Below, piece by piece: positions 38,888 through 52,086 of a stretch of DNA of 64,000 nt (the first letter of the stretch is position 1; each line of letters starts with the position of its first letter). The position numbers were made by a program, and so were the translations under genes. A model generated the notes under the pieces. It ran no database searches. It was not told the DNA's origin and was given only the letters and a program-made list of their open reading frames with translations. The DNA comes from Eledone cirrhosa (Eukaryota), in assembly GCA_964016885.1 (NCBI GenBank), contig OZ024762.1:9920001-9984000 (forward strand), written 5' to 3'.

Positions 38888-41800
38888 CTATTTACATACA
38901 GGAAACAAGTCATAGATGTGATGGTCACAACTGGGTAGTCTTAGAAAACATTTTGATCAGAAGGGGCTGGGCTATTTACATACAGGAAACAAGTCATAAA
39001 TGTGATGGTCACAACTGGGTAGTCTTAGAAAACATTTTGATCAGAAGGGGCTGGGCTATTTACATACAGGAAACAAGTCATAAATGTGATGGTCACAACT
39101 GGGTAGTCTTAGAAAACATTTTGATCAGAAGGGGCTGGGCTATTTACATACAGGAAACAAGTCATAAATGTGATGGTCACAACTGGGTAGTCTTAGAAAA
39201 CATTTTGATCAGAAGGGGCTGGGCTATTTACATACAGGAAACAAGTCATAAATGTGATGGTCACAACTGGGTAGTCTTAGAAAACATTTTGATCAGAAGG
39301 GGCTGGGCTATTTACATACAGGAAACAAGTCATAGATGTGATGGTCATAACTGGGTAGTCTTAGAAAACATTTTGATCAGAAGGGGCTGGGCTATTTACA
39401 TACAGGAAACAAGTCATAAATGTGATGGTCACAACTGGGTAGTCTTAGAAAACATTTTGATCAGAAGGGGCTGGGCTATTTACATACAGGAAACAAGTCA
39501 TAAATGTGATGGTCACAACTGGGTAGTCTTAGAAAACATTTTGATCAGAAGGGGCTGGGCTATTTACATACAGGAAACAAGTCATAAATGTGATGGTCAC
39601 AACTGGGTAGTCTTAGAAAACATTTTGATCAGAAGGGGCTGGGCTATTTACATACAGGAAACAAGTCATAAATGTGATGGTCACAACTGGGTAGTCTTAG
39701 AAAACATTTTGATCAGAAGGGGCTGGGCTATTTACATACAGGAAACAAGTCATAAATGTGATGGTCACAACTGGGTAGTCTTAGAAAACATTTTGATCAG
39801 AAGGGGCTGGGCTATTTACATACAGGAAACAAGTCATAAATGTGATGGTCACAACTGGGTAGTCTTAGAAAACATTTTGATCAGAAGGGGCTGGGCTATT
39901 TACATACAGGAAACAAGTCATAAATGTGATGGTCACAACTGGGTAGTCTTAGAAAACATTTTGATCAGAAGGGGCTGGGCTATTTACATACAGGAAACAA
40001 GTCATAGATGTGATGGTCACAACTGGGTAGTCTTAGAAAACATTTTGATCAGAAGGGGCTGGGCTATTTACATACAGGAAACAAGTCATAAATGTGATGG
40101 TCACAACTGGGTAGTCTTAGAAAACATTTTGATCAGAAGGGGCTGGGCTATTTACATACAGGAAACAAGTCATAAATGTGATGGTCACAACTGGGTAGTC
40201 TTAGAAAACATTTTGATCAGAAGGGGCTGGGCTATTTACATACAGGAAACAAGTCATAAATGTGATGGTCACAACTGGGTAGTCTTAGAAAACATTTTGA
40301 TCAGAAGGGGCTGGGCTATTTACATACAGGAAACAAGTCATAAATGTGATGGTCACAACTGGGTAGTCTTAGAAAACATTTTGATCAGAAGGGGCTGGGC
40401 TATTTACATACAGGAAACAAGTCATAGATGTGATGGTCATAACTGGGTAGTCTTAGAAAACATTTTGATCAGAAGGGGCTGGGCTATTTACATACAGGAA
40501 ACAAGTCATAAATGTGATGGTCACAACTGGGTAGTCTTAGAAAACATTTTGATCAGAAGGGGCTGGGCTATTTACATACAGGAAACAAGTCATAAATGTG
40601 ATGGTCACAACTGGGTAGTCTTAGAAAACATTTTGATCAGAAGGGGCTGGGCTATTTACATACAGGAAACAAGTCATAAATGTGATGGTCACAACTGGGT
40701 AGTCTTAGAAAACATTTTGATCAGAAGGGGCTGGGCTATTTACATACAGGAAACAAGTCATAAATGTGATGGTCACAACTGGGTAGTCTTAGAAAACATT
40801 TTGATCAGAAGGGGCTGGGCTATTTACATACAGGAAACAAGTCATAAATGTGATGGTCACAACTGGGTAGTCTTAGAAAACATTTTGATCAGAAGGGGCT
40901 GGGCTATTTACATACAGGAAACAAGTCATAAATGTGATGGTCACAACTGGGTAGTCTTAGAAAACATTTTGATCAGAAGGGGCTGGGCTATTTACATACA
41001 GGAAACAAGTCATAAATGTGATGGTCATAACTGGGTAGTCTTAGAAAACATTTTGATCAGAAGGGGCTGGGCTATTTACATACAGGAAACAAGTCATAGA
41101 TGTGATGGTCATAACTGGGTAGTCTTAGAAAACATTTTGATCAGAAGGGGCTGGGCTATTTACATACAGGAAACAAGTCATAGATGTGATGGTCACAACT
41201 GGGTAGTCTTAGAAAACATTTTGATCAGAAGGGGCTGGGCTATTTACATACAGGAAACAAGTCATAGATGTGATGGTCACAACTGGGTAGTCTTAGAAAA
41301 CATTTTGATCAGAAGGGGCTGGGCTATTTACATACAGGAAACAAGTCATAAATGTGATGGTCACAACTGGGTAGTCTTAGAAAACATTTTGATCAGAAGG
41401 GGCTGGGCTATTTACATACAGGAAACAAGTCATAAATGTGATGGTCACAACTGGGTAGTCTTAGAAAACATTTTGATCAGAAGGGGCTGGGCTATTTACA
41501 TACAGGAAACAAGTCATAAATGTGATGGTCACAACTGGGTAGTCTTAGAAAACATTTTGATCAGAAGGGGCTGGGCTATTTACATACAGGAAACAAGTCA
41601 TAAATGTGATGGTCACAACTGGGTAGTCTTAGAAAACATTTTGATCAGAAGGGGCTGGGCTATTTACATACAGGAAACAAGTCATAAATGTGATGGTCAC
41701 AACTGGGTAGTCTTAGAAAACATTTTGATCAGAAGGGGCTGGGCTATTTACATACAGGAAACAAGTCATAAATGTGATGGTCACAACTGGGTAGTCTTAG

Positions 41801-43050
41801 AAAACATTTTGATCAGAAGGGGCTGGGCTATTTACATACAGGAAACAAGTCATAAATGTGATGGTCACAACTGGGTAGTCTTAGAAAACATTTTGATCAG
41901 AAGGGGCTGGGCTATTTACATACAGGAAACAAGTCATAAATGTGATGGTCATAACTGGGTAGTCTTAGAAAACATTTTGATCAGAAGGGGCTGGGCTATT
42001 TACATACAGGAAACAAGTCATAGATGTGATGGTCATAACTGGGTAGTCTTAGAAAACATTTTGATCAGAAGGGGCTGGGCTATTTACATACAGGAAACAA
42101 GTCATAGATGTGATGGTCACAACTGGGTAGTCTTAGAAAACATTTTGATCAGAAGGGGCTGGGCTATTTACATACAGGAAACAAGTCATAGATGTGATGG
42201 TCACAACTGGGTAGTCTTAGAAAACATTTTGATCAGAAGGGGCTGGGCTATTTACATACAGGAAACAAGTCATAAATGTGATGGTCACAACTGGGTAGTC
42301 TTAGAAAACATTTTGATCAGAAGGGGCTGGGCTATTTACATACAGGAAACAAGTCATAAATGTGATGGTCACAACTGGGTAGTCTTAGAAAACATTTTGA
42401 TCAGAAGGGGCTGGGCTATTTACATACAGGAAACAAGTCATAAATGTGATGGTCACAACTGGGTAGTCTTAGAAAACATTTTGATCAGAAGGGGCTGGGC
42501 TATTTACATACAGGAAACAAGTCATAAATGTGATGGTCACAACTGGGTAGTCTTAGAAAACATTTTGATCAGAAGGGGCTGGGCTATTTACATACAGGAA
42601 ACAAGTCATAAATGTGATGGTCACAACTGGGTAGTCTTAGAAAACATTTTGATCAGAAGGGGCTGGGCTATTTACATACAGGAAACAAGTCATAAATGTG
42701 ATGGTCACAACTGGGTAGTCTTAGAAAACATTTTGATCAGAAGGGGCTGGGCTATTTACATACAGGAAACAAGTCATAAATGTGATGGTCACAACTGGGT
42801 AGTCTTAGAAAACATTTTGATCAGAAGGGGCTGGGCTATTTACATACAGGAAACAAGTCATAGATGTGATGGTCATAACTGGGTAGTCTTAGAAAACATT
42901 TTGATCAGAAGGGGCTGGGCTATTTACATACAGGAAACAAGTCATAGATGTGATGGTCACAACTGGGTAGTCTTAGAAAACATTTTGATCAGAAGGGGCT
43001 GGGCTATTTACATACAGGAAACAAGTCATAGATGTGATGGTCATAACTGG
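38888..43050. repeat. 84-bp minisatellite, about 50 near-identical copies, filling intron 3
   Basis: Register recurs every 420 bp (5 units); 28-aa repeat in ORF 38953..43113; only two variable sites seen. Confidence 0.98.
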
Positions 43051-43326
43051 AAAGTCTTTGATTTTCACAGGGAGTATCCCTGTGAAGGTCTTAGAGGGTT
43101 TTTACCTTCCTAACAGCTCATCTCCGATCGATACTCTAAGATTTTCACAGGGATATGCCCTTGATAATCGGTTTTTAAACCCCAAAATATTTGGGATTAT
43201 TAAATTTGCTAAGGTAAGATTCTATTATGTTGGCACCTTTAATTTTCTAATGCATTGTATGGCTTTCAAAATTATTTAAATTTATATTTCCTATTCAACA
43301 ATACTTCAAGTAAACTACAATACTTT

Positions 43327-43358
<32 letters not shown>

Positions 43359-43545
43359 CCAGAGCATTCAATCGGTAGTTGAATGTGACAACAATGGTGT
43401 TACGTTCAGCTAAGAAGTAGCCAGGGTGCTGCTGAGAACTTCCCATCATAAAACCCCCACCATGGATAAACACCAACACAGGATAAAGGGGTACATTAGA
43501 TGGCTTCCAATTATTGTGTCCATTATTGCCTCGGTACGATGTTAC
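43359..43545 (-). CDS. Exon 3/11 carboxylesterase-fold gene (oxyanion-hole HGGG)
   Basis: Manual translation VTSYRGNNGHNNWKPSNVPLYPVLVFIHGGGFMMGSSQQHPGYFLAERNTIVVTFNYRLNAL(G). Acceptor tttag, donor G|GTAAGT, 187 nt, phase 0/1. Not in the ORF track. Confidence 0.95.
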
Positions 43546-43546
43546 C

Positions 43547-44035
43547 TAAAATATAAAGGGTCTGTTATTTAAAATAGAAAGGGTTTATTGTTTAAAATAG
43601 AGAGGGTTTGTTATCTAAAATTTAGAGGGTTTGTTGGTTAAAATAGAGGTTTGTTCTTTAAAATTTAGAAGGTTTGTTGGTTAAAATAGAGGTTTGTTCT
43701 TTAAAATTTAGAGGGTTTGTTGGTTAAAATAGAGGTTTGTTCTTTAAAATTTAGAAGGTTTGTTGGTTAAAATAGAGGTTTGTTCTTTAAAATTTAGAAG
43801 GTTTGTTGGTTAAAATAGAGGTTTGTTCTTTAAAATTTAGAAGGTTTGTTGGTTAAAATAGAGGTTTGTTCTTTAAAATTTAGAAGGTTTGTTGGTTAAA
43901 ATAGAGGTTTGTTCTTTAAAATTTAGAAGGTTTGTTGGTTAAAATAGAGGTTTGTTCTTTAAAATTTAGAAGGTTTGTTGGTTAAAATAGAGGTTTGTTC
44001 TTTAAAATTTAGAAGGTTTGTTATTTAAAATAGAG
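43547..44035. repeat. 43-bp minisatellite (20+23 dimer), about 11 copies, abutting the exon 3 acceptor
   Basis: AAAATAGAGGTTTGTTCTTT-AAAATTTAGAAGGTTTGTTGGTT repeated. Confidence 0.93.
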
Positions 44036-44524
44036 AGTATATATACACATATACATATACACACACATGCTTATATATATATATATATATACACATACAT
44101 ATATACACACATATGCATACACATATATATATACACACATGTACACATATATATATACACACACATGGACATATATATACCTCCATGCTTGCCGAGATTC
44201 GCCAACACTACACCTAATGTTCCCCCTCCACACACATACACACATGTATATCATGACTCATACACTATTCATTTCCCTGACATTTGTATATTATCCTATG
44301 TACTAGACATGCACCTTTGATGAGTTGTAGTGCACCTGAGCACTTTACACAATAATTTCATTATTATTATTATTATATATATATATATACACACACATAT
44401 ATATACACACATATATATACACACACACACACATATGGACTTATATATACATACACATGCACATATATATACATACACATATACACATATACACATACAC
44501 ACAATGTAGAGAAGACAAACTTAC

Positions 44525-44674
44525 ATTGGGTGTGTAGATATTCAAGTAAAGACAATCTTCATCCATTTCATGAAAGTTGGGGATAGTTTCTCGGACATAC
44601 CAGGGAGACTGGGGACAGGCTGGTCGATATTTTTTAGCATCCCAGACACTGTTCCATTCCGGCTTTTCAGGCAT
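44525..44674 (-). CDS. Exon 2/11 carboxylesterase-fold gene
   Basis: cag|MPEKPEWNSVWDAKKYRPACPQ...DEDCLYLNIYTPN|gtaagt. EDCLYLNIY is the carboxylesterase type-B signature. 150 nt, phase 0/0. Confidence 0.95.
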
Positions 44675-44718
44675 CTGGTTCCAGAAAAAAACAAGAAAGA
44701 ACATGTTTCTTTTATATA

Positions 44719-44764
<46 letters not shown>

Positions 44765-44798
44765 AGATTTGAATGGATACAGTTTAGTTGAAAGGAAT

Positions 44799-44915
44799 TT
44801 ATTGACACGTGTTTCTATAACAGTTACATAACCTAAAACAGCTATCTACAAACTTTTAGTTATGCAGACATTCAATATTTCAATGTTATTATTTACTGTC
44901 ATTTCATCAGAATAA
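44799..44915 (-). ncRNA. Type I hammerhead ribozyme motif (left arm, sense with host pre-mRNA)
   Basis: Reverse complement of 46515..46631. Confidence 0.72.
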
Positions 44916-45479
44916 TATTACTGAGGACCTATTTAGTTTTTATAGAGAATATTAGGAGGGAGGGGTGAAGTTGTTAGAAGAATAGTTGAAGGAGTGGTTT
45001 TTCGATAGCAGTGAGAATTCTTGGTGGCAGTGAGTAATTAGATTCCCATCTGTTGTTTTGACATTTTTTATAGAATATATTATTGGTTATTTTTCTAAAT
45101 CTATAGAAGGATTAGAGATAGTAAAGATATGCGTGGTTGGTTTTGTGTTTGCACTTAACATTCAGACTTAAATTTTTCTTTCAAGTGTACGTATTCTTTC
45201 ACCCACGCATTCACACACAAATATATTTGCACACCTCTACAAAATACATATACTCACAATTCACATATTCATACTTACATATATATACACATGCATACAC
45301 ATATATATACACACATGTATTCATGTACATACATACGCGCTCATGTGTATACATTTTCATACTCAACTTATCTTTATATATACACACGTATAGACACACA
45401 CATATATACATACATACTCTAGTCCATGTGTACACACATACACATACATACACATCCATATACACATACATACATACAC

Positions 45480-45546
<67 letters not shown>

Positions 45547-45865
45547 CACACATATACATACACACACATATATATATATATAAGCACTTTAATACATGAA
45601 TACACTTACATCTAACTATACACATCAAACATATATATATATTTACTTATTTATATACATTTTCACATATATATACATACTTATGGACGTTTTTAGACAC
45701 ATTCAATGAATGTGTCTAAAAACGTCCATAAGTATGTATATATATGTGAAAATGTATATAAATAAGTAAATATATATATATGTTTGATGTGTATAGTTAG
45801 ATGTAAGTGTATTCATGTATTAAAGTGCTTATATATATATATATGTGTGTGTATGTATATGTGTG

Positions 45866-45950
<85 letters not shown>

Positions 45951-46514
45951 GTGTATGTATGTATGTGTATATGGATGTGTATGTATGTGTATGTGTGTAC
46001 ACATGGACTAGAGTATGTATGTATATATGTGTGTGTCTATACGTGTGTATATATAAAGATAAGTTGAGTATGAAAATGTATACACATGAGCGCGTATGTA
46101 TGTACATGAATACATGTGTGTATATATATGTGTATGCATGTGTATATATATGTAAGTATGAATATGTGAATTGTGAGTATATGTATTTTGTAGAGGTGTG
46201 CAAATATATTTGTGTGTGAATGCGTGGGTGAAAGAATACGTACACTTGAAAGAAAAATTTAAGTCTGAATGTTAAGTGCAAACACAAAACCAACCACGCA
46301 TATCTTTACTATCTCTAATCCTTCTATAGATTTAGAAAAATAACCAATAATATATTCTATAAAAAATGTCAAAACAACAGATGGGAATCTAATTACTCAC
46401 TGCCACCAAGAATTCTCACTGCTATCGAAAAACCACTCCTTCAACTATTCTTCTAACAACTTCACCCCTCCCTCCCAATATTCTCTATAAAAACTAAATA
46501 GGTCCTCAGTAATA

Positions 46515-46631
46515 TTATTCTGATGAAATGACAGTAAATAATAACATTGAAATATTGAATGTCTGCATAACTAAAAGTTTGTAGATAGCTGTTTTAGGTT
46601 ATGTAACTGTTATAGAAACACGTGTCAATAA
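46515..46631 (+). ncRNA. Type I hammerhead ribozyme motif with long stem II insertion (right arm of palindrome)
   Basis: TTATT-CTGATGA-aATGACAGT...ACTGTTATa-GAAA-C-ACGT-G-TC-AATAA. Stem I TTATT/AATAA, palindromic loop III ACGT, GUC cleavage triplet. Confidence 0.72.
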
Positions 46632-46863
46632 ATTCCTTTCAACTAAACTGTATCCATTCAAATCTTTCTATTTTTCTCCGGATTACTTTTGGAACTACAA
46701 CTGGAACCGTCGAGCAAACTCTACGTGAGCTGATAATCTACTGTGTGTAATATTTATATTACAACACAACGGAAAATACTGTATATATATATATATATAT
46801 ATATATAATGGAACATTATATTATGTAACATTATCCCATTATTTTAATTTATATTCCTTTGAA

Positions 46864-46983
46864 GTTCCGATGAGCCACTCTGTTTTTTAAATATGTTAAT
46901 TATTTTCAACTGAACCAGATCAATTATGATATATAGTCATCTGATCCAGAAATATTATATGGAGTAGCGAAACAATTGTAAAC
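46864..46983 (+). ncRNA. Variant or decayed hammerhead (CCGAUGA core, long stem II insertion)
   Basis: GTT-CCGATGA-GCcACTC...GAGTaGC-GAAA-C-AATT-G-TA-AAC, with palindromic loop III AATT. Confidence 0.55.
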
Positions 46984-47111
46984 GGACATTATTATTATTA
47001 ATATTATTATTATTATTCTCTACATTCCTTACATCAAACTAAAATATGTTGACAATATTTTAATAATGTCTTCCTTGTGAAGTTTGTGGTCTTGTTTTGC
47101 TTAACTAATGA

Positions 47112-47142
<31 letters not shown>

Positions 47143-47404
47143 ATATATTATATATATATTATATATATATATATATATAATATATTATATATATATATAT
47201 ATAATATATTATATATATATATATATATATTGAAGAGTTAAACAAAATTCAATGAGTATATCAAAGAATGAGTTTTACAGTAGATTGGAAGCACTCTACA
47301 GAAAATAATTTTCCGGAGTTATTAATATTAGAATATAAATATTAATAAAATACTACCTTGATTAAATCTTAACCATTTAACATTTCAGGGTATGTCATGT
47401 ATCA

Positions 47405-47465
47405 TTATATTTTGTCTGATGAGGACGTACTGCTGTACATCCGAAATATGTATAATAAAATGTAA
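47405..47465 (+). ncRNA. Type I hammerhead ribozyme
   Basis: TTATATTTTGT-CTGATGA-[GGAcGTAC tgct GTACaTCC]-GAAA-T-ATGT-A-TA-ATAAAATGTAA. 11-bp stem I including G-U pairs. Confidence 0.82.
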
Positions 47466-47501
47466 TTGATCAAAAGAACATCTATTTTATTGATAATTAT
47501 A

Positions 47502-47551
<50 letters not shown>

Positions 47552-48488
47552 CATGGGCGGAGGTGGTGAGAACAGACCTCAGATCGCTGAAGCTCACGGT
47601 GGAGATGACGAAGGACCGTGACAAGTGGAGAGATGCTGTGCTGAATAGGACCCATCGCATCCTTAAGATCCCGTTAAGGGTGAAAGCAGAGATTCATTGC
47701 TTAAACTTTAATCTGTTATTTTAATAAATAAATATATATATATATATATAGATATGGATTTTAGTCTTCAAATTTATTATTATTTCTATACATAAATATA
47801 TATATATAATATCATCCCCATCATCATCGTTTAACGTCCATCTTCCACACATTAGCATGGGTTCGACGGGTGTGTCCCCCTTGAGGCAAGATTGGTTGGG
47901 AGACCGTACCGTGTCTTGCTCGCACAGAACTATTTCTGGCAGGTTTTCTACGGCTGGATGCCCTTCCTAACACCAACCACATTTAGAGTGTGGACTGGGA
48001 GCCTTTTTACCGTGTCTCCTACATGACCACTTTACAGGGTGGACTGGGTGATTAACATATATATATATATATATCTAACCCATGCTAGCGTGGAAGAACG
48101 GATGTAAAACGGTGATGATGATGATGATGATATATATATGTTAAGTATTTCTGTAGAAAAGGAAAGAGAATTCTAGGTATAGTACAGAGCTATTTAATTA
48201 CATAATAAACAGCACAATATAAATATTCCATTACCAAAGGTTTCAGGAAACTAGACGATCGTTACAGAAACGTCCAAAGTGTCACGACAAAAAGCACCCA
48301 GCACACACTGTCAATGTGGTTGGCATTAGGAAGGGCATCCAGCCGTAGAAACCTAGGCAGAACCAGTTCTATATGAACAAGACACGGTCACCTAACCCAA
48401 CTTGCCTCAGATGGGACAACACGTCTAACCCATGCTAGCATGGAAAATGGACGTTAAACGATGATTATATATATATATAGATATATAT

Positions 48489-48910
48489 GGAGGCACATGG
48501 CTTAGTGGTTAGAGCATTGGCATGGAGGCACATGGCTTAGTGGTTAGAGCATTGGCATGGAGGCACATGGCTTAGTGGTTAGAGCATTGGCCTTGCAATC
48601 GAAAGGTTGTGAGTTCAATTCTCAGACCGGGTGATGTGTTGTTTCCTTGAGCAAGACACTTTATTTCACATTGCTCCAGTTTACTCAGCTGTAGAAATGA
48701 GATGATAGGGACTGGGGTCCATATCATTCCACTGCAAAGTGGTCGTGGAGGTGCCACGGCAAAAAAAGCACCCAGCACTCACTGTAAATGAGGTTGGTGT
48801 TAGGAAGGACATCCAGCTGTAGAAATCAAGCCAGCATCAGTTCCCGTCCCACCCTTGCAAGCAGGGAAAAAGCGGACGTAAAATGAAATGATGATGATGA
48901 TGATGATGAT
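48489..48910 (+). mobile_element. tRNA-derived SINE family S1, full length, with triplicated 35-bp head
   Basis: A box TGGCTTAGTGG, B box GAGTTCAATTC, body ccttgagcaagacact, tail cccacccttgcaagcagggaaaaagcggacgtaaaa(tga)n. Confidence 0.92.
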
Positions 48911-49228
48911 ATATATATTCACTTCTGCGTTCACAGATTGACTCTGTTAGTTTCAGAAGATCCCGTTAAGAGTGAAAGCAGCGATTCTTAAACTTTAATC
49001 TGTTATTTTAATATATATATATAAGCCATATATGTGTATATGAGCCAGGTAGACATTTGTCAAGTAAACGTTAATATCTGAAAGGTAAATAAACAATATT
49101 TAGACCGAAGCTGTTGACCTAGTTTAGCAGGTGAGTGAGTGAGAGACACACTCTCTCTCTCTCTATATATATATATATATTAAGAAAGTAAAACAAAGAA
49201 GCCTTCAATACATCAAAAGTCTTTATTA

Positions 49229-49266
49229 GTCGACAATGTTTCGTCCTATTAAGGACTCATCAGGGC
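49229..49266 (-). ncRNA. Hammerhead core with damaged stem I
   Basis: Minus strand GCC-CTGATGA-GTCC-ttaata-GGAC-GAAA-C-ATT-G-TC-GAC. Canonical core and stem II, but stem I GCC/GAC is mismatched. Confidence 0.68.
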
Positions 49267-49566
49267 AATTAAAACAACAAGAAGTAATATCGGCAGATAC
49301 AAGCTGGAAGCTCCGAAGAATATGGAGTGTACATACACTAAAGTATTGCAAGATTATGGGTAAAAATATATAATAAAAATATATAATAAAAATTACTAAG
49401 GATGTATATAACATTAAGAACCATATTACAAATATAGTCCAAAGCAAAAAAAACCTAGAGCTAAACAAAGGTGGTTATATAGAGCAGGAATTATATATAA
49501 TACAATGTAATATAATATAATATACCTTTACCAATATTTAACTCCAACACGCTCCAGTATTTTAAC

Positions 49567-49604
<38 letters not shown>

Positions 49605-49718
49605 GAAAATATTTTCATAATTCTTCGGCTCTGTTTAATTACATTGAGCTATACCTCTTACTGTCATTTCTATAATACGAAGAGGGTGTTTAACTCCAAC
49701 ACGCTCCAGTATTTTAAT

Positions 49719-49785
<67 letters not shown>

Positions 49786-49887
49786 AACGAGTAGGTCCTA
49801 CTCGTTCCTATTACCCACTCTACTACCCTAAGTATTGAGTACTTTGGTGCGTTATGGTCCACCTGATTCCTTACCACATTTCCTTCG

Positions 49888-49926
<39 letters not shown>

Positions 49927-50065
49927 AAGGTTAAACAAGGTTCAATGAATAAATCAAAGAATTAGTTTTACAATAGATTGGAAGCACTCAACAAGCAACG
50001 GTTTTCCGGAGTTATTATTATTAATTCAAAATATTAACAAAAATAGACATTCGTGTGATCAAGTA

Positions 50066-50132
50066 TATTTTATTATACATATTTCAGAGGTATTGAGCTA
50101 TCTTCAACAGTACGTCCTCGTCAGATAAAATA
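50066..50132 (-). ncRNA. Type I hammerhead ribozyme motif (left arm of 520-bp fold-back)
   Basis: Minus strand TATTTTAT-CTGACGA-GGACGTACTG...CCTCT-GAAA-T-ATGT-A-TA-ATAAAATA. Confidence 0.72.
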
Positions 50133-50217
50133 AGATGATGCATGACATACCCTGACATAGTAGATGGTTAAGATTCAGTCATGGTAGTCATGCATCAGGG
50201 TATGTCATGCATCATCT

Positions 50218-50285
50218 TATTTTATCTGATGAGGACGTTCTGTTGAAGATAGCTCAATACCTCTGAAATATGTATAATAAAATAT
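50218..50285 (+). ncRNA. Type I hammerhead ribozyme motif (right arm of 520-bp fold-back)
   Basis: TATTTTAT-CTGATGA-GGACG...CCTCT-GAAA-T-ATGT-A-TA-ATAAAATA. Same family as 47405; stem II is irregular. Confidence 0.72.
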
Positions 50286-50439
50286 ACTTGATCACACGAA
50301 TGTCTATTTTTGTTAATATTTTGAATTAATATTAATAACTCTGGAAAACCTTTTTCCTTGTTGAGTGCTTCCAATCTATTGTAAAACTAATTCTTTGATT
50401 TATTCATTGAACCTTGTTTAACCTTTAAATATATATTTT

Positions 50440-50903
<464 letters not shown>

Positions 50904-51003
50904 GTAGTTACACAACAGTTAGTTCACCATACCGAGAACAATTGTTTCACCTTAGTGGATCCTCATATATATATATAAGCAGAATCGGAGTCAATGTTAC
51001 ACC

Positions 51004-51034
<31 letters not shown>

Positions 51035-52086
51035 TACCAACATATTTTATATTATATTCTATAGAAATGTCTTCTACAGGATTAGAACTATTTCATTTGT
51101 ATAAAATCATAAGAAATTTAAAAAAAAAAAAAACAATATTATCTCTGATCGAGACGAAGCGTAAGTGTATTTGAATATAATATATATATATACATGAGAA
51201 AAATCGCCGTTAAAACAGCCAAATGCCGTCAAAGACAACGATGGGCAAAAAAATTCCTCTGAGGACAGAGACCAGCGGCCAGTGGTCAGTGATCAACCGA
51301 GAGACAATCCACAAGGTGGATGAGGAGAAGATGAAATATTGAACAGATTGAAAGAGGAGGAGGGGGGGAAAGGAGAAGTGTGTTGGCGCACAGAAGTGAC
51401 TGGTTATTCAATTTCATTGACACCCACCCACCCCTCCGCGGAAAGGTGAAATGCAGAGTTGACCTCAGCAGGAACAAATAACACAAAGCATTTCGTTCGA
51501 CGCTCTAACGATTCTGACAACCTACTGCCCTCTCTATTGCTCTAGCTATATTACAAATAAATATTTAAAATCCACAACCACTAATTCGCCTTAAAAGCAA
51601 CTATTCGTTAACTACGTCCATATGATACTAACAATAGCTTTTTTTTTTAATGATTTAATTTCATAGCAATATATATATATATATATCTTTATCGATCGAC
51701 TTTCGTCAAATCGGACCGAGGAAACAATGTTTCCAGCGGTCTTTCCAGTTGCTAGTACTATCTATCGGTCGCAACTCCAGGTAGAAGGAGCAACGTGAAA
51801 TAAAATGTCTTGCTCAAGGACATAACGCATCGACCGGTCCAGGAATCGAACTCACAACCTCAAGATTGTGAATCCAATTCTCTAACCACTCTGATGGAGT
51901 CGTAGGTGCTCCTTCATGACATACGTTTTTTCTTTACCATTTTAAACCTGGCGGAGCCTATCCCATTCTAGGTCTGAACACAGCCGATTACTTCCGAGGA
52001 ATGAGGGGGGATTATAGACAGGAAGGCACAGCAATACCTTTTGTAAATACCTTTCGGATTAATTACATTTTTTCGTACCATATATT

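Larger units (their letters stand above)
44759..46671. repeat. Near-perfect 1.9-kb palindrome (arms about 950 bp, 1-nt centre at 45706) in intron 1
   Basis: Centre gacacattca-a-tgaatgtgtc. Mirror ORFs 45137..45583(+) and 45829..46293(-). By eye the arms differ by an 18-bp (TA)n length change and one substitution (attaggaggg vs attgggaggg). Confidence 0.95.
49915..50436. repeat. About 520-bp inverted repeat (arms about 240 bp, 39-nt spacer), Penelope-like terminal repeat fold-back
   Basis: 49915-50155 is the reverse complement of 50195-50436 with several substitutions. HHR in each arm, TA-run flanks. Confidence 0.9.

Noticed and set aside
38953-43113. 1386-aa ORF as a repeat protein, or the array as CRISPR
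   Set aside because: Pure 84-bp tandem repeat antisense within an intron, TTG start, no spacers or cas genes, eukaryotic context.
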